64,000 nt of DNA, from the NCBI GenBank assembly GCA_050273025.1, contig CP158635.1:8308001-8372000 (forward strand), in the 5' to 3' direction. Position numbers and translations under genes: made by a program. Source of the stretch: Cenococcum geophilum. Lineage: Eukaryota. The notes under the pieces were generated by a model, which worked only from the letters and a program-made list of their open reading frames with translations, made no database searches and had not been told where the DNA came from. This document shows, piece after piece, positions 38,801-51,447 of this stretch. Each line of letters begins with the position of its first letter. The first letter of the stretch is position 1.

Positions 38801-40421
38801 ATTAATAGATTATTTATAAATAATAAAGATTTTAGCTCCTAGTTAGGATATAAGATTATTATTACAAATAAATCTACTAGAGAGAATAACTTTATAATCT
38901 ATAGTAATCTTATCTATTAGAGCTTAACTAAGAGTAAGCGCGTTACCTAAAGCGTTTTAGTATTAGAGATATATGGAATAGTTAGTAGAGTTAATATAGC
39001 AATTGCAATTAGAACTACCCTAAAGATAATTATAGATTAACTCAAACTTCCTATTATCTCTATAGTTATATACACCGACTTATATTCCCTCTATAAGTGT
39101 TTAGTTAAGCTTAGTACTATAAAGGAGAAGTGCCTTATAATTAATATTATGGTACTTTAGCAATCCTATAAACGGCAAGAACTCTTTAAGATTTAATAAA
39201 TTAATGGCTAAGATAACCTAGTAGATGTAATAATAAAGGCAAACCTAAATAAGGCTTTAGAAATATTTATTAATATAAATACTCTACGTATACGGGTTAA
39301 AGGTTAGGTTAAAAGAGAGTAGGAGTATAATAATCTATAGACCCTAATTCTAACTAGCTAATTAGGATTTTCTATTCTTAGGATAAAAAATTGCTATTAG
39401 CTCGCTTATAACTAGCGCCTTTGCGGCCCTAATATAATATATACCTATAACTCTAAGTAAGAAAGTACTACGTGCTAAGAGGCGAATTTTAGGACAGTGA
39501 GGCTTATATTATAATAGCAATAGTAGGTAAGAAGGATTAATATTTATTACGCTAATTAAGTAGTATTTATATATAGATAGCAACTATAAAAGAAGAGTTG
39601 CTAGTGTCGGGAATAAGGCAAGCGGTTATTACGTGACGCCGCGGCACTAGCGTGGCGAGGAGTCTTAAGCTCCTCGCCCTTCCTCATTCTAATTAAGAAG
39701 CTTTATTAACCAACATCACTGTAACCTACTTAAGTAGTCGTTATTAGTGAGTTACCCTATATAACCAACAGCTTTAATTTTCTTTAGGTCTATACTAATA
39801 TAACCTAGTTTAATAATAAATTTAATAAAGTCCGTCTTTTTAGTAAAGAACTTGTATTTCTTAATTACTACTAACATCTATTCTTCTTATAGTCTCGTTA
39901 AAACCTATTTAATATATTCCCTATATTCTTCCTTAGTTATTAAGTAGATAATATTATTATTAAGTTATACTATAATAAACTTATTAAGGTGTTCTTCTAA
40001 TACGCTATTAATTTATTTCTAAAACGTTACTAGTGCGTTTATAAGTCCGAATTATATAACTAATGGCTTATATAGTCTTTCCTGTAATCTAAAGGCTAGC
40101 TTTTATTTATTACCTTCCTTAATTCTAATCTAATATTACGCCCATTTTAGATCTATCTTTATAAAGATTTACGCGTTACCTATCTAATTCTAAATTTCGC
40201 TAATTAATGGTAAAGGATACCTATTCTTCCTAGTAATGCTATTTAACTATTTATAGTTAATATATAGCCTAAGCTTTCCGTTCTTCTTTAGTATAAATAA
40301 TATTAGATATCCTACTAATAACTATAATAGTTTAATATATCCCTTTTATAGGTTTTCCTAGATAAACTCTTTAAGTGCTCTTAACTCTTCTTTAGTTAGC
40401 TTATAAATTAGAAAAAGCTTT

Positions 40422-42088
40422 TGTTAGAATATATAGACAGGAATATATAGATAGAGGTTACGTGGTTACGTCTCTAATTAGTCATCCTTATGGTGACTTA
40501 TTAGCCCCCTACTTAGGCACTACAATCCTTACAATCCTCTGCTTTCTATACCTATTAGATAATAAATAAATCCATTAGTTAATAGGCTAATTAAGTGCAC
40601 TTAGGTAATACCGATATTAATTAATAGTTAACCTTACTGGTTGGCTATAGAGTAATAAGGTTTACTACCGCCCTAGCAGCTTTAATTAAAAGTAGTACTC
40701 TAGTACCTAGTAGTAAAACTAGTACCTAGTAGCTCCGGCAGTACCTAATTCTAGCTAGCTTAGAATATATATAAATACGTAATATATAAGACATTTTATA
40801 GCACGTAAATTAATACCTAGTACGACCTCTTTACTAAGTACTAGTACCCCTAGCTTATTAACAGCACCTAACACCTAACCGCCCTTAGGTAGTACTCTAT
40901 TAGTAGCTACCTTAGCAGCTACCTTAGTAGCACTTATATAGTATACTAGCTTATATAGCATCTAGCGTCATAGCAACCTAATAGCCTCGCGTAGTACCTA
41001 ATACCTAATAGCTTTACGTAGTAACCTAGTGTAATAATATAACTTAGCAGCAAACTAATATCTAGTACACATTTTAGCATATAAATTAATATCTAATAGC
41101 CTTATATAGTACTCCAGCGTTATAGTAACCTAGTAGCGTTAGTAGCACCTAATACCCAATAACCTAGCAGCGTTAGCAGCATCCCACAACCTAGCAGCAT
41201 TAGCAGTACCCCCTATAACCCCAACACCGTCTACTACCTTCCTTGCAGATCTACTACGTCGAAAATCACATTAATAGCACGCCCCTAAACGCTAGCGTGC
41301 CCCCTTTCCTCCTATGGCCTTTATAAGCCACAAATACCACATTAATAAAGTCTATATATTAGTGGTTTTATATATAAAGAAAGAACTACTAGTGTTAGAA
41401 TGTATAGATAAAGGTTACGTAGTTATATAAGAATTTATACCAATACGCCTACAAATACAACTCCGTTGCTGGCATTATACTACCACCCAAACAACCCTGT
41501 TACTAGTACCGTACTACTACCTATATAGACAATAATCGTGCCAATATGCATACAATATATTAACTAACTAATTGCGCTAATACGCCTGCGATCTACTAAC
41601 TAAATAATTATGCTTATACGCCTGCGATCTACTAACCGACTAATAAACGAGCCCTATATTTAACCACTATTACTACCCAACGCTTATACCGTACTGCTAT
41701 TATAATAGACTCTTACTGCCCTGCCTACAGCTAACTGACTTCTACTACTCTACCTGCAGTAATATAATTAACAACTACTGCTCCGCCTATAGTACTACTA
41801 TTACCTTATACTACCTTCTACCTCTAGCTAAACTAATACCTTACTGCCTTACTGCCTTCCTATAACGCTATAAGCATAAAGAAAGAACTGCTAGTGCTAG
41901 AATATATGGACAGGAATATATAGACAGAGGTTACGTGGTTATATCTCTAATTAGTTATCCTTACGGTGACTTATTAGCCCCCTACTTAGGCACTGCAATC
42001 CTTACGATCCTCTACTTTCTATACCTATTAGATAAGAATTAATTTAACAGTTAATAGGCCATATAAGTGCACTTAGGTAATACCAACA
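40422..42088 (+). mobile_element. Non-autonomous LTR element, copy 2 (1667 bp)
   Basis: Colinear with 34225-35892; TSD GCTTT; inserted in Gypsy-A pol. Confidence 0.92.
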
Positions 42089-42621
42089 GCTTTAAACTTA
42101 TTCCTAGTTCTAATTCTATTTTATTATCCTATGCTATATACTTTAACAGCTTTTTACTTTCTAAGCTTTATAACTTTTTACTATACTTATAGTATCTTTT
42201 TAGTATATAGGATAACCCTTACTCGATTTCCTTATATATTGCTCTAACTTAGTACTATACCAACTTAGTTACTATACGCCTCTTATATCGTTAAGTATCT
42301 CTAATATTAACTTATTCTATAATCTAATTAATCTTTAGATTATATTCCTATAACTAAGGTATACCTAATACTACCTTATCCTGTCCTAATAGTAGGATAT
42401 TAAAAGACATTTTAATATATCTCCCTTTAATAGTTATTTAAATTCGTCCTATTTTAAGATTAATAATACCTCCTTTATAGGCTATTAAATTTCCTAAAAT
42501 TGTAACTAATAAATAAGGGTGCTTCTTCTATCTATAAGGTAGTCCTATACGCTTTACTACTACTAGTAAAATATAGTTCCTTATTACTCTACTATCTATT
42601 AGTACTTTAAACTATTAATCT

Positions 42622-43700
42622 TACGGCTATAGGTTTTTAAGACTTTTGCTTTAGCGATATAATATCTATAAAAGCATCCTTATACTAGTCTTTAATAAGG
42701 ATAATTATATATCCGGTAATATTATTACATTAGGCGGCCTATCCAAATCGCTGTAGTATTATATTTAAGCTTTTATTGGGATAATAACCGTATATAATAG
42801 AACGGAAAATATTTAGAATATCTATACTATAGGCTAGGGCGCCTAACGTAATAAAAATGCGGATAGGTAAGTCTTCTATATAGAAATTTTAATACTCCAT
42901 ACTCTTATTATATTTGGATAATATTACTTCCCTCTATCTACCTAATTTGGCCGTAACTTTATTACTACTAAGATAGCGATATAGGAGGATAGGGTAGCGT
43001 ATTTTGCTAGTAATCTAGCTTTATTTATTATAATTAATAGTAATATTTTCTTATAGGTATTTACTTAGGAAAAGGAGGATTAAATACTTAATAAGAATAT
43101 AATATTATTAGCCCTATTAATTAAGTATATAGAAAAACAAAAGAGAGTAAAGACTAATATAGAGAAACGGGCGGTATTTCTAGATATATTATACGAGCTT
43201 GTAAATAAAGCTACTAGATATCTATATAATATTCTACTTAAGCTATATAAGGAGATAAGTCTATTATTTAAATGTCTACGCTATTACTCTAATTACGATA
43301 ATTTATTATAGGCTTATAAGGAGTATAATATTATTATACTATATACTAGGAATATTGCAAAGAGTAAGTACTTAAAGGATCTATTTATAAGTATTAAGAA
43401 GTGGATTAAGGAATAGCTTAATATAATATATTAGGATATAGTTTAGAGTCCAATTTCTAGTTATATTATATCTAATAATTAAACCCGCATACTCTATATC
43501 TAACTTTCACTAACTTATAAGGGCCTTAAGCGGATATTGCCTAAATGGGATTATAGCTTCCTAGGAGATAAAGTAGACTCGCTTATCCACTTTATTTATA
43601 AGAAGGATACGTAATACTTTAGTACTAATGTCTTATAGGCTGCGTTGTAATCTAGTAGACGTATTACTATATCTAGAAGCTCGTTATAGATGCCGTTACT
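42622..43700 (+). pseudogene. RIP-mutated ORF remnant of unknown family (about 360 codons, one frameshift near 43300)
   Basis: One frame is interrupted only by TAA/TAG (e.g. AFIGIITVYNRTENI*NIYTIG*GA*R, LKRILPKWDYSFLGDKVDSLIHF). No TE motif recognised. Confidence 0.55.
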
Positions 43701-45872
43701 ATTCCTATATAAATAATTAAATATATAAATACGACTCTTAACTATATTTTATCTAAAAATAGATAGTTAAACTAAAATTGCGAACATAATTATAAAATAA
43801 TACTTATAACTATACTGCTCCTACCTATAAGACAATTAGGAAAAGTAGCTACCCTTAGCTAAGTTTATTGCAAATAATATAATAAATAAATTAATAGGTA
43901 TAACACCGTTCCATACAACCTACGGATAAAACCCTTAACTTAGATTTAAACTATAACTCGAAATTAACACGATAGGACCTATAATTAAGAAGATTTAGTT
44001 AATTAATATATATAACTTTACTAATTAAATAAAGCAGCTAATAGAACTATTATAAAACAAGTTAATATACGCTTAAATGGTATAGGAATAGTATATAAAT
44101 AAAGGATAAGCTCCTAGATAGGACTTTAAGAAAGATAATATAGTTTACCTAAATATATAAAACCTAAAGACTTAACGGCCCTTAAAGAAACTTAATTAGA
44201 AGTTTACGGGCCTATACTAAATTAAAAGGAAACTAAGCCCGTACGCCTATAACCTTAAACTACTAACTAAGATAAAAATACACCTAACGTTTTATATAAG
44301 CCTACTATAGCGTTTAAAAGGTAAACCTATAACTCGTAAAGTGCCGCCTATTAGTTACATAAGGGGATATCACGTAGCTACGGTTCGTAGATAGTATAAT
44401 AATTGTTCTGTTTTCTTCTTAAAGAAAGGGGTGAGGAACTTAAGGTTCCTTACCACGCTAGTGCCGCGGCGGCACGTGATGGCAACTTGCTATATATGAC
44501 GGCAATATACCTTATATAGTGACCATTTGCCTTTATTCCTAACACTAGCAACTCTTCTTTTATAGTTGCCATCTATATACTTATACCGCTTAACTAGCGG
44601 AATAAAAATTAATCCTCCTTACTTACTATTGCCATTATAATATAAGTCTCGCTATCCCAAAATTTACCTCTTAGCACGTAGTGCTTTCTTGCTTATAAGT
44701 TATAGGTAGGTATCTTGTTAGTAGGGCCGCTAAGGCGCTAGCGGTAAGCGAGCTAATAGCGATTTTCTATCCCGGGGATAGAAAATCTTAATTAGCTAGT
44801 TTAAGTTAGGGTCTGCAGAATCTAACTAATTAGACAACTTTAACCACCGGTCAAAGTTCCTAGACATTTTAAAACCTTATATAACTAAGAAATTTCTAAG
44901 GACTCCCTTTTAACCTAACCTTTAACTTATATATATAGAGTATTCGTGTTAATAAACGTCTCTAGTGCCTTATTTAGGTTCGCCTTCGTTATTATATCTA
45001 CTAGGTTATCTTAGCTATTAATCTATTAAATCTTAAAGAGTTCTTAACGCTTGTAGGATTACTAAAGTGCCATAATATTAATTATAAGGCGCTTCTCCTT
45101 TGTGGTACTAAGCTTAACTAAATACTTATAAAGGGAAAATAAATCGGTGTATATAATTATAGGGATAATAGGAAGTTCGAGTTAATCTATAATTATCTTT
45201 AGGGTAGTTCTAATTGCAATTGCCATATTAACTCCGCTAACTATTCTATATATCTCTAACGCTAAAACACTTTAGGTAATACGCTTGCTCTTAGTTAAGC
45301 TCTAATAAATAAGATTACCATAGATTATAAAGTTATTCTCTTTAGTAAATTCGTTTGCGATAATAATCTTATATCCTAACTAGGAGCTAAAATCTTTATT
45401 ATTTATAAACAATCTATTAACAAATATAAAGAGCTTAGTAGTAGGAAGATTAATAGGTACGTAGAGTAGTCCCCAATTAAGATAGTTTATTTACTAGGAA
45501 AGACGTTTATTTAGGGCAAGAACGTCATCCTTAGTTAGTTTCTAGTGTTAGGCGGCAATAGAGAGATTAAATAAAGCCTTAGGTTGATAGATAGAAGCAA
45601 TATAAGCTCCGCGAGCGCGTTACTCTACATATCCTTGCTTTAGGGAATTAGTATTAATAACGTTAATCTTCTTACCTTAACCCTTCTGGCGTAAAGTAAT
45701 GGAATCCTTATTTAGGGAGAGAATACATCTATTAAAGAGTAATAGTGTTATTAAATTAAGCTTTTCTTTTAGCTTTACTATAAGATTTACCTTTACTAGC
45801 TTATCCTCTTTAAGAGCTAAGAATTAGTCGTCTCCTAAAATAATTATATTATTAGTTTATATACCAACAATT

Positions 45873-48800
45873 ATAAGAAACGTCGAAGATTAACAGAACT
45901 GGAGCTCTTGCTACACCTGGCCTAAAAAGACCAAAACCAACCAAAAGAACCCTGAAAAACACCTAGAGAATCCCCCTAAGATACATGCATCGCAGGGGAG
46001 GCACACATCGAACAACGGTGGCTCGCACTCGCGCGCGACCGCTAGAACTACGCCTAGCAATAGCCCTCCATAACAAAGATAGGCGAATACTATACTATAA
46101 AGCAGAAATACCTCTATTAAGAAGGCATCTAATAAAATATAAAGCCTATTAGACGCATCTAGTATCTAAAATTATGGGGGAGTAACCATTAGCTATAACG
46201 AACTAATACAGCTAGTAGAATGGCTCCGCTAGTCCAGCAAACCTTAGGCGCCCCTCCAGTAAACCCTTAATTAAATCCTCCAACGGCTAAGCAAAATTAA
46301 AAATAAGTATAACCCCCCCTTACCGGCGAACCGCACCTAGGCCGCTATAGCTGCGCTTTTACAGCATAGGGAACCTACCCCCCTTAAGTTAATAACTAGG
46401 CATATAATTATAATATAACCAAATATAGAACAAGTAGAGGGGCTTAGGGGATAATTAGAAATAGAAGTCCTTATAGAGATACGTAAAGAGGTCTATAATG
46501 CTGTTATAGTCTAATACCTTAAGAGCGGAGACATTAGAGTTACCCTAAAGGACTAATAGGCAAAGGAACGAGCCGTAAGGGCAGGGGATAGGCTAGGAGA
46601 ATGTATTGGTATAAAAGTACTCCGCGAGGATTACCCAGTCAAAGTCCTAGTGGTTCCTATAAGCCTTAGGGTAGAAAAGGGACGCTAGGCGGACAACACA
46701 GCAATTATATAGGAGATAGTAAGATAAACGGAACGCCTTATACTAGGACTTGAAATTACCTAAATCTAATAGCTTTAACAGGAAAATGCAAACTAAGCAT
46801 ATAATAAGAATAATAAGAGGACACGAGGGTCGCTAAAGACTTACTAGGGAGACGCTGGATAAATGTATAGCTCCCTTATCGTCAGCACACATATACCAGA
46901 AATGCAAAAACTCCTTATTTAAAAAGGAATAATTATAAATGGCCTTATATACAATATAAGGCTCTATAACTACAGACTACGCCTAGAATAATACTATTGC
47001 TATATATAATAGGGATACACCTAATCTATATACGCAGCACAGGTGTGCTGCGGCTACTATATAGGCCCCTATAATATAAAACATTGCTTAAATTAAGACT
47101 AAATAAAATGCGCGAACTGCTACCGAAGCATATATAAGGCGTAGGAGAGAGAAGACTACATTAAATACAGGAGACGGAAGGCAAGGGCTTAACAGCTACG
47201 GGAATAACTGCACGCTAGGTTATATAAATAGAAATAATAGGCGATAAGCTAGGGGGACATAGGTGCTTTTCTAGCGTTTCCTACCTTTAATACTAGAGGG
47301 CTAGGCCAGCCATCCTAAGCCTTAACGGGCTAGAAGTAACGCTGCGTAACATTACCAGACCGATTAGGGATATAAGGGTCATAGGGAATATAAGGGAGAG
47401 GACGCCCCGTAGGAAGACCCCTATAGATAGTAACAGCAGGCTTAAGACTAGAACAATTAAGAATTAGACTTAATACGGCAAATATAACATTTATAGCTGA
47501 CCCATAAAGGGTATATAGCCGACTAGTAAGAATAGGGGAAGAACCGGTAATAATAACAGATTTAGATATAAAAGCGCTAACAGAAATATAAGACACGGGA
47601 ATAGAAAGCTCTATATAAAATAAGTAGTAACTAGGGTGTAGATATAAGAGATAGAAGCTCCAAATATCCTAGAGAAAGTGGAAATAGAAGAAGTAAGGAA
47701 TAAAGGAGAGTTAAAGGACCCTTGCCGGGGGTCCGCTACCTATCTATTATATAGTATAACTACGGCAACACAAACCACCGCCTCGCAAGGCCCCTACTAG
47801 ATAGTCTAGACCTAGAGAAACACTATATCCTTGCTATACAAGAGCCGTATTATAATACCTTTATATAATTAATATACTGCCCCTAAGGATTCCAGCTCTT
47901 ATACGAACTAAAAGCAGCTATATATGTGTGCTTTATAATTAGTAAGGCTATCAGCCTGTCCTTATAGTTATAGCAGGCAGTTAACCTAGATATTATAGTT
48001 ATAATAATCTAAACATATAGGGGACCGGTATAAATTATTAATGTGTATAACCCTAGGGTCGAAGGGGTCCTATAAATAGAGAATATTATATTAGTAATAA
48101 GCTTACTGGAAACCGAAGGTATAGAGTTTATCCTATTAGGAGACATAAACCTCCACTACCCGCGGTAAGGGGGTATCTATATTACTATAGACTAATAGTT
48201 AGAGTGCCTACTAAGAGCTATGGATATCTAGGGCCTTAAGCTAGCCACCCCCCTAGGAGCAATTATATGGTAATAAGGCACCGCTAGAAGTATAATTGAC
48301 CTCACATTTATAGACGAAGGCCTATACTAGAGACTTAAAAGGTACAACTTTAAAGAAGAATAGGTACTTACCCTAGACCATATCCCTATCTAGATATAGC
48401 TAGACCTAGATACTAAAGCGTAACTAAATAGAAAAAGATACGTAATAAGGAAGCTTAAGATAAACAGTTTCCTTAATGTAGTTAAATAATAACTCTAAGA
48501 CCTAGAAGAAATCCACCTAATACCAAACGAGTAAGGCCTATTAACTACCCCTAAGGAAATTGACCGAAGACTAGAAAGGATCTAGGTAGCGATTAAAAAT
48601 AGGCTAGAAGAGCACTACCCGATCTTAAAACCAGGCCCCTATACGCGACACGTATGGTCTACATAATACGCAGTTCTAGTTGCCAGCTAATAATAAGTAA
48701 GAAGGAAATATATAAGTAGCTATGACCCTAAAGACGAGAGATAATATAAAGACATAAGAAACTAGCTAAAGAATACCCTAAAAAAAGAAGTAAGGAATAA

Positions 48801-51447
48801 CTGGAGACGGTTTATAAATGAGTATACTTTTAACCCGAGCCTCCCCTATAATAAGGGCCTTTAGGATATAGCAAAATAGGCAAAGAAAAAGGTAGGGCGC
48901 CTAGTAGAAGACCTATACCTACTACCCCTATAAAGAGTAGGAGAATTATAGGCCACAAATAACAATGATAAGAAGGCAAAGATCCTTATAGAAAGGTTCT
49001 TCCCCTAACTGGCTCTAGTAGACCTTAGTAATATTACAGGCGAAACACCGGTGACTTGCCTGTGGGTTAACAGCGACATAATAACAGAGGAAATGGCTAG
49101 AACCATTAGCCGCCTTTTAAATAATACAGCACTAGGACCAGATGGGATTCCAAATAAGGCCCTAAAAACCTGTGGGCCACTTATAGCACCTTGGCTTGCA
49201 GATATAGCCAGAGCATGCTTTGCTATAGGCTACTACCCGCAACTCGGAAGATCTATAACAACAGTTATTCTACGAAAAGAAGGTAAAGCAGATTACTTAA
49301 TCCTAGGAAGCTACCGCCCTATTGCCTTAGAAAACACCCTTAGTAAGATCTTAGAAAGGGTAATAGCGGAACGTATAGCAGACACGGTAGAGGAATACGC
49401 CCTACTACCATAAAGCTAAATAGGGGCAAGAAAGAACCGCTTAACACTATCAGCACTTATACTACTCGCTGCCACCATTAAATCTGCATAGGCGATGTGA
49501 AAGGACTTTATAGTATTAATGCTTAGCCTAGACATTAGTGGTGCCTATAACAATATACCCTACAAGCGTCTTCTGCATATCCTTAGGGTAAAGGGCTTCT
49601 TAGAATAGATTATATAATTTGTCTAAGGGTTTATAGGCCAGAAAGAAATATTACTGGTCTTTAGCGGATACCAGAGCCCCCCTATTGTAATTACAACAGG
49701 AATACTACAAGGATTACCCCTCTTGCCTATACTCTTCCTTTTCTTTATAAGCAACCTACTTAACTCCTTTAAGGAAGGGGCGACCTAAGGGATAGGCTTT
49801 ATTAACGACACAAACCTAATCACATACGGGCTAACAGCCGCAGAGAACTGCAGAATACTAGAGAAAGCCTATAATACTTATATAGAGTGGGCAAAACATT
49901 ATAGAGTCTAATTCTTACTAGAGAAATACCAGCTAATCTATTTTATAAGAAAATGCAACTAATCTGCAGATCTCTAGCATATAATTCGCATTTAAGGCTT
50001 TAGGGGTTAACTAGTTTAGGGCCTAAGGGTATTAGGAGTATAGGTAGATAGCAAGCTCCGGTGGAGCGCATATGCGGCGTAAGCGGCCCGTAAAGGCCAA
50101 GCATAGTTTATCGCTTTATCCAGGATTGTTAATTCTATATAGGGTCTATACTTCTAGAGGTCACACCTACTATATATAGCAGTCGTCCGGCCAACTATAA
50201 TATATAGATCCAGTATCTGGGCCATTGGAGAAACTAAAAAGGGCCCCCTAAAATCACTCCTTAAACTACTTTAAAAGGTCTAAACAGCCTACCTCTAGAG
50301 TATTATAGGCGGGTATAAGCGAACGGCTACAGCACTGCTTAAGAAGGAATCCAATATTCCCCCCTTATAGTTACATATTAAAGCCGCTACAATATAAAGA
50401 ACGTAAAATAAACGTAACTCTAATATTATAAAGTATATTAAAACACGCCTAAGTAAACTATAGAGGGACCCTAGGGTGCTCTATAGGAGAATAAACCAAT
50501 AACCCTAAAGTAGGGAAGAGATATTAGAGAAACAGGTAAAGAAAGTAAAAAAAGAATAGTGCCGCTTTAGGGCCCAGGCCTATATAGAGGAGGAAGGGAG
50601 ACGCGTAAGAGGTTAGTAAAGACAACAGTAAGATAGAGAAAGGAGCTAAAGTAGAATACGCAAGAATGCCGGGAAACTATCTACCGCAATATAATACTAG
50701 TTAGACTAACGCTAGAGAGGTAAATAGGAGTTAAAGGTATAGAGGCTGACTTAGGCAAGACAAACCTAAGCTATAGCATAGTTAACGCCATGGGGGGTAA
50801 ATACCTAAGGGCTCCAAGAAGGCCTAACAAAGGCAGAAAATATAATAGTAACACTCTTAAGAACAGGAATAATAGGACTAAAAGATTAGCTTTACTAGGT
50901 AGGTGTCCCAGTAGGTAGCCTAAGATGTAAATATAGCTAGCTAAGATAGACACCAAAACATATAATACTGCTATGCCCCCTACGCACTAATTAAGAAACA
51001 ATGCTCTTAGCAGCTGGCATAGAGAACTATAATACACTACTCTTAATATAAAAAGGCCTCAAGGCGGTTACCTAGTGGCTTATTAGTTAAAATGTGCTAA
51101 ATTAGTTCCGGGTTGCAAGGGAAATAGTAATAGAAGGCAAGGGGGCAAGCAGTAGGTGCCCCCTAGTAACTCTACAGTAGTAGAGTAAAAGTTTGTGATA
51201 CTAGCGCGTCCGTAGGCTTGTTACGGCAGCAGTGGTTCCTAAGAAGGTCAAACAGTAAGGTAGTAGAGCACCATAGGCGACTCGTAGGCGCTAAGCAGGC
51301 GAGTCCCAAAAGGCGGGGAGATAGATCACGGGGTTTTCTCATTTTTCTTAAATAGAGTTTTCTCCCCACATGTAAATAAGGAGTAGTCCGCGTGGGCCCA
51401 GTAGGGATCCGAATCGGACGTTAAGCAATGAATTATTATTATTATTA
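45873..51447 (+). mobile_element. Apparently full-length Tad1-like LINE (about 5.6 kb) with (ATT)n tail
   Basis: 16-bp TSD TTATATACCAACAATT (45857-72 / 51448-63). ORF1 with degenerate knuckles ~46990-47160; ORF2 with APE and RT. Confidence 0.95.
47740..51130 (+). pseudogene. LINE ORF2 (APE endonuclease + reverse transcriptase), RIP-inactivated
   Basis: Motifs II*YNYG, ILAIQEPY, LLGDINLHYP, ALGPDGIPN, GSYRPIALENTLSKILE, LDISGAYN, GILQGLPLLPILF and GFIND(D)T. Confidence 0.9.

Larger units (their letters stand above)
25535..39770 (+). mobile_element. Copia-1, full-length GalEa-like Ty1/Copia element containing nested Gypsy-B and a non-autonomous LTR element
   Basis: 166-bp LTRs at 25535-25700 and 39605-39770, TSD GCTTT, order gag-PR-IN-RT-RH, RT QTDD-type motif ~38363 (RIP-altered), PPT AAAAGAAGAG. 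Confidence 0.93.
22500..42620 (-). mobile_element. Gypsy-A chromovirus in three pieces (42620-42089, 40421-39771, 25534-22500); 5' end lost, 3' LTR truncated
   Basis: Minus-strand protease LIDS ~42595, RT (RYPLPL, YLNNIIIY) 40420-39780, RNase H and integrase 25530-23950, chromodomain ~23880-23700, PPT ~22585. The sequence continues across both GCTTT TSDs. Confidence 0.88.

Noticed and set aside
49051..49413. Intact reverse transcriptase gene
   Set aside because: Only a stop-free stretch of RIP-inactivated LINE ORF2.
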